A DNA stretch of 64,000 nt from Kudoa neothunni (taxonomy: Eukaryota; Animalia; Cnidaria). The notes below the pieces were generated by a model that worked only from the letters and a program-made list of their open reading frames with translations, made no database searches and was not told the DNA's origin. The position numbers were made by a program, and so were the translations under genes. Positions 58,975 to 64,000 of this stretch are shown piece after piece; the stretch's first letter is position 1; every line of letters begins with the position of its first letter. Location: the NCBI GenBank assembly GCA_964304625.1, contig OZ199838.1, positions 11,247,608-11,311,607 of the forward strand, written 5' to 3'.

Positions 58975-59939
58975 GTCACCACATTGAAAACAATCGTGTC
59001 AACAGAATCAAAAATATTTTCAGACTTTCTTTCAAGTTATTTGAGATTTTATCGCAAAACTCTTAGAAAAAAAATTTCAAACTACTCGATATAAGAGTGA
59101 AAGAATTGATCGAACTTTTGAGAACGGGAAATATAAAGCTGTCCAAAGAGTACAATAATATAGGAAAATAAATTAGCCAATGACATAAAGCACGGTACAA
59201 AGGACAATACACTTATAACCGTCTGTCGTGGACAATTCCATGAGTTCGCTTCGAGAGTTGGTTTAAAAATAAACAAACTAAATAGAAAATCTGAAATAAA
59301 TAAAGAAAGTATTCGAGGTTTACGACACTGAAATTCTGAATCACATTACAAAGTTAAATTTACCTTTTGTAAAGTAAAATAAGCTTCGCTCAAAATAAGA
59401 GAAATAACAAATTTCTTGTTGTAAAATTAATCCTGTCTTAAACTATCTTATTTATATTCAAAATACTCTATGAAAAAGAAAAAAATTATTACGAACATTT
59501 TTAAGATCTCTCTATTAATGTTATTATTAGTGCAACGATAGAATGAATAAAAACCAGAAAAAGTGGTCGCGCATCCACTCAACTTCCCGCATGCGCCAAT
59601 AATTGATATTAAGTAATGCGGGGTTATTACGCACTCGAGCTTTTGTCCCAAAAAGTGTGTAGTATCCCTGTACAATTGTATAATAAGGTTTAGAATTTTT
59701 GTTAAAAATTTTTTTTATATGTCTGAGAGTAAAGTTTGTGAAAGTATTATTTGTAACTTATTATTTTGTGTCAATTCTTTCAAGCACTCCAACTTTGTAC
59801 TAGTCATAAATTCTTTGGATAAATGAGAAATCTAGAGTTCTCCAAGAAAAAAACATGCGTCCTGATTTTTGGTTTACTCATTATTATCATTTTAAATTCC
59901 TGGTTCGTAGTTAATACCTATCTGGAGAGAGTTAATTAT

Positions 59940-61707
59940 GGGGGGGGGGGGGTTCGAGCTTTATCGCCAATTTGTAAAGCAATAACGTCAGTTTATCAAG
60001 CTTTAACGACGCTGTTAAATTATATGACTAAATGAACCATATATAGGTACGTTTTGTTATATATTCATGCAAAAAAATAAATAATTCCAAATATAACAAT
60101 AATTATTTTATATTTTTTCATTCGAAAATTATTCCTCTGTTTAAACAGAGAGAGATGTAGCGGAGAATTTTTCGAAAATACCCCTTGCAGTCCTCTGGTG
60201 TAACCGAATTGAATCCGTCGTTAATAAGGTTCAACAAGTCGCTCTTATTCCTTGCCTGACCTCGTATGACGAAATTTTTCCATTTGCTAAAGGTGTTTTC
60301 GATCGGGTTGAGGAATGGGGAGTAAGAAGGCGGGTAGAGTACGTTTAACGCCATCTACCGGATGTAGTCTTTCACACTGTGATAATGGTGTATTCATGCA
60401 TTATCTAAAATAAAGCACGGATTTTCAAATTGCATAGAATTGCATGTTAATGCGAGTTCATGGAGATAGTTCTTGAAATCTTCTCCATTAACTTGTCGTT
60501 TATTTATCTTGTGGAAGACCATACCATATTTGTTCATTGAGGCTATTACGGAGATGTTTCTATTCCTAACGTTGCCAACAGGAACATAAGCTGACGTCCC
60601 AATCAATGACTGGCCCAGCTTTGCCCTACTGGAAACACTAAACCCTATCTCATCAATAAAAATAAAGTTTTTGTCTTGAATTTCAAGGAGATGAGAATTA
60701 GAACTCTGTGCGTACGCTAGACGCTGTTCCAATGTATTAGCGCAATTCCTTTTCTCAGGGACCAAAGTAACGGATTTAAATTAGTAATGAAACTCGTTCA
60801 AACATCGATTAATAATACTGATACATACTGAGACGTCACATTCGTCGATCAACATAAGGCGAAGAGCTTTGAGTATAATAGTAGCATCTTCATCCACCCA
60901 ACCTTTGATTAATAACTTTTGATCCAAGTTTATATTGTCGAAAAGTTGTCGCCATTTTTTATCGACTTGGTTTTGCCATGCTTCAAGCTTGCAGACACTA
61001 CTGAGACCATTGTGCTGCCAGGAATCCCAAAATGTTTGGAAACATACGTGTTTGTCACACCAGTTTTTGAGAGGTTAATAATATCCAATCTCATTTTATC
61101 GGTTATAGTTTTTCTTTTTATCTTTGGTTGTTGTGATACTTAAGAATTTTCACTATTGTCTGATTAATATATATGGATAATATTTAAATTCTAAAACTAT
61201 TATAAATCTTTCCGCTCATATTTAATTCTTTAGGATATTAATTTGATTTCAATACTATAGTGAAGCTCAAATATGCAATCACCGCGCGGCCACAAATGTG
61301 TACACGAAATGTTTACGTAAGTTTAACTTCAGTATTGTTCACACTGCTCTAATATTTATATCTATTTATTTTAAATAACGAAGGTAGCTAATAAACTCAT
61401 GATCAAATTTGGACTAAGCATATTATCAGATAAAAATAATTTGTGCAAACTACAATCGAGTGGTTCGTCAATGTGACTCTGTTTGAGGTGGAAAGTTTAA
61501 TTTAAAATCTAGAAAAATAGATAAAAATATTTCTTATTATTTTTACAAAAAGTAAACATAATACGGGAAAATTCTTGTGCATATATGGTTAATTTAATAG
61601 CGTCGTTAAAGCTTGATAAACTGACGTTATTGCTTGACAAGGTGACACTAATGCTTGGTACACTGACGATAATGCTTGACAAATTGGCGATAAAGCTCGA
61701 AAAACCC
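59940..61707 (-). mobile_element. IS630/Tc1-mariner element, DD34E transposase pseudogene
   Basis: FIFIDEIG, ILDNA*IHH, YSPFLNPIENTFSKWK, with 34 residues between the second D and E; TIRs TTCGAGCTTTATCGCCAATTTGT built from 21-bp units; right end CCC|TA. Confidence 0.92.
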
Positions 61708-62480
61708 TATGTAATCTTCTGAAATAAATTATCTAGAATCTTCTATTATCTCAATTTTTTCATAGGCGAATTTAATATTTGTAACAATGATAAATATTAT
61801 ATTAGATAGATTTTATCTATGAAGACTAACTTTTATAAGGAAAATAAATGTTGTTACTTTTGCTATATTAAACCAGGATTGCAATATTTTTAACATATCT
61901 CAGAGAAAGTCTGATTGTCATGGATTTATCTCAGTATCTATTTAAATAAGGTAGTTTTTAGCTGGAATATTTTTGTAGCTGGACTTAGAATAAAATAAAT
62001 TACTCGTTTCCTGAGAGATTGTATGTAGTTTTTGAATTTTGGAGAAATAAGAAAATGATGTGATATAGTTTAATTTTATGATTTAAAGTTGATCTGCTAA
62101 AGTAAGAACAAATTGTTGAGTGAATGTTTGAAATTATTATTTTAAAAAATTAGCTATGGTAAGAATATTTCATCCATCACACATGCTTTTATATTTAATT
62201 CCAATTGAAAGAATGAGTTTTTTATGTCTGTAAAAATCGTTAATTTTTGTAATGACCAATCAAACGACGATCTAAATAACTTCCAGGCATAAACACATAT
62301 AATTAATTCATAAATCCTTTTAAATCTCTGTTATGCACGTGAATTGAGTTTCATCCGCGAAATATTAGTTACCTTAGAAAATCCGTGCATATTAAGATAA
62401 ATTGATCTTGCTTTGTTGATAGAATAAGATACTTTTATATAGATTGTACAAAAAAATTAGTTAAAGATTATATAGCAAAA

Positions 62481-63450
62481 CAGTAAATAACCAATTTCAC
62501 GCACTTTTTAAAAACCTATTTAGTTAGAATATTGATTGATCATTGTTTATATAATGTTTCTTATAATCTTTCAATCAAAATTTGTATAAAAATTATTTTA
62601 AAAAGTTGCAAAATGATGTAACTAATAGTCACGTGATTGTCAATTCCACGCACTTTTTCGGATACTTCTTGTTTATTCTTTAGTTAAGTCAATATTTAAT
62701 GTTAAAAAACTCCTATAACTATACCTATTGCCGAAAGATACAATATTTCTTATTATTATGAAAGTCTCTAATCTAATAACCCAAAAACTCTCACTGTATC
62801 ACGTTTTAAAATATCTATTATCTCGACTCCTAATGACATCCTATAGATGAAGAATAAAATAAGCAAAACCTATAAATGTTTTTTGAATCTAAAAATAGAA
62901 ATTATTTGCATGCAGAACAATTTAACTCTGTTGATGAAAGTGTATATGAGTGGATTGGGTGGACACGAAGCAAAAAGATTGTAGTAAGCGTGGTCACGAT
63001 AATCATCAAGAGAAATAAATCAGCCAAGGAAAAAGGTTTACCTTCATGTGCAATTCGTGATGGATTTCGCTGTTTTAAAAAAAAGGTCCAACAGTTAAAA
63101 ATAAAATTTTATTAATTAGTCTGCTGATGATACACCTGAAACTACTTCAGAGTGGATAAATCAAATCAGAATATTTTTTAAAATATACTCTAAAAATTAT
63201 ATTCATAATGTAGATGAAATTGCCTTATTCTACCTATAGCAACGAGGGGAGTATTTCATAGATCGTTGTAAAATATTTATGTGATGTTAGCACATTTCTC
63301 GAGTTCTAATTATCCTCCAAAAATTAATATACAGTTAACTGGTCTTTTTAAACGCCAATTTGTCCTGTATATTTGCGTGTAATTTGGCGTGACCGACGCG
63401 ACGCATTTTGCTTAGTCCCGAGGGGATTGCGTGAAATTGGTTTCTTACTG
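62481..63450 (+). mobile_element. Internally deleted pogo/Tigger element
   Basis: TIRs CAGTAAATAACCAATTTCACGCA and TGCGTGAAATTGGTTTCTTACTG; CENP-B-like VDESVYEW and NVDEIALFY remnants. Confidence 0.85.
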
Positions 63451-63595
63451 TATAAGAAAATTCATATTCCTGGAAATAGATCAGACGCGCTATAATTGTT
63501 CCATTCCAAAAAATAAACTGGGTATAAATCCGAGAAATTATTTGCGAATGGCTGAATAATGGTAAATAAACATGAAGTTAGTAGCACGCACAAAT

Positions 63596-63988
63596 TCAAA
63601 CATTCAGATCCAGATTCATGTTGTTATAAATTGAAAAATGACTTGCTCCCTAAAATCCTCATATATAAGAAGCTGAATTATTGTGGGTGCTACTTGAACG
63701 AATTCATCGAATGAAATACGGCCATCTCCATCCAGATCAAGTTGAATAATAGTTTTATCTACGATTTGTTGTAGTTGATCTTCCTTAAGATTGTCACCGA
63801 CCATGAGCTTTAGAGAGTTGAACAAATCGCCATTACTAATATAACCATCTTTATTTATATCGTAGATATTGAACATGACTAATTGAAATAGAGTGTTAGG
63901 AAAATTAAAAATAACCAACTTCACATACATTGAAATCGTTTGTGCTTGTCAGATTTATTGGTGAAAATTAAAAGTCCATTGATAAACT
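63596..63988 (-). CDS. PPP3R1: Calcineurin regulatory subunit B, 3' exons (5' part outside window)
   Basis: [58 protein letters not shown] matches CnB EF3-EF4; last exon ends NMNLDLNV*. Confidence 0.92.
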
Positions 63989-64000
63989 CTATAATTCCAA

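Noticed and set aside
60355-60396. CGA-to-TGA type stop as evidence of CpG methylation
   Set aside because: One or two events cannot be distinguished from general GC-to-AT mutation bias.
61600-61704. Regularly spaced repeats suggesting a CRISPR array
   Set aside because: They are contiguous 21-bp units without unique spacers, form a transposon TIR, and lie in eukaryotic DNA with no cas genes.

Overview
AT-rich eukaryotic (animal) nuclear DNA. It holds eight compact spliced genes with mostly 40-80 nt GT-AG introns, separated by blocks of decayed DNA transposons. Genes: casein kinase I gamma (-), YJU2/CCDC94 (+), MTA (-), CRELD (-), novel PKC epsilon/eta-like (+), BUB1 (-), citron kinase (+) and the 3' part of calcineurin B (-). 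The intergenic DNA contains hAT MITEs with perfect 8-bp TSDs, several pogo/Tigger elements (one nested in a hAT transposase), a MULE, two piggyBacs (one nested in a ~460-bp long-TIR element), a DD34E Tc1/IS630 element, two copies of a non-autonomous Helitron and tRNA-like repeats. Animal-type genes with very divergent proteins, tiny introns and low GC suggest a reduced parasite such as a myxozoan; this is inference only. I found no convincing novel multi-gene system. The best leads are altered regulatory motifs in PKC, BUB1, CRELD and calcineurin B, homopolymer frameshifts in otherwise intact kinases, recurrent candidate promoter motifs including a perfect 32-bp palindrome, and probably uncatalogued TE families. 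Exon boundaries were read by eye.
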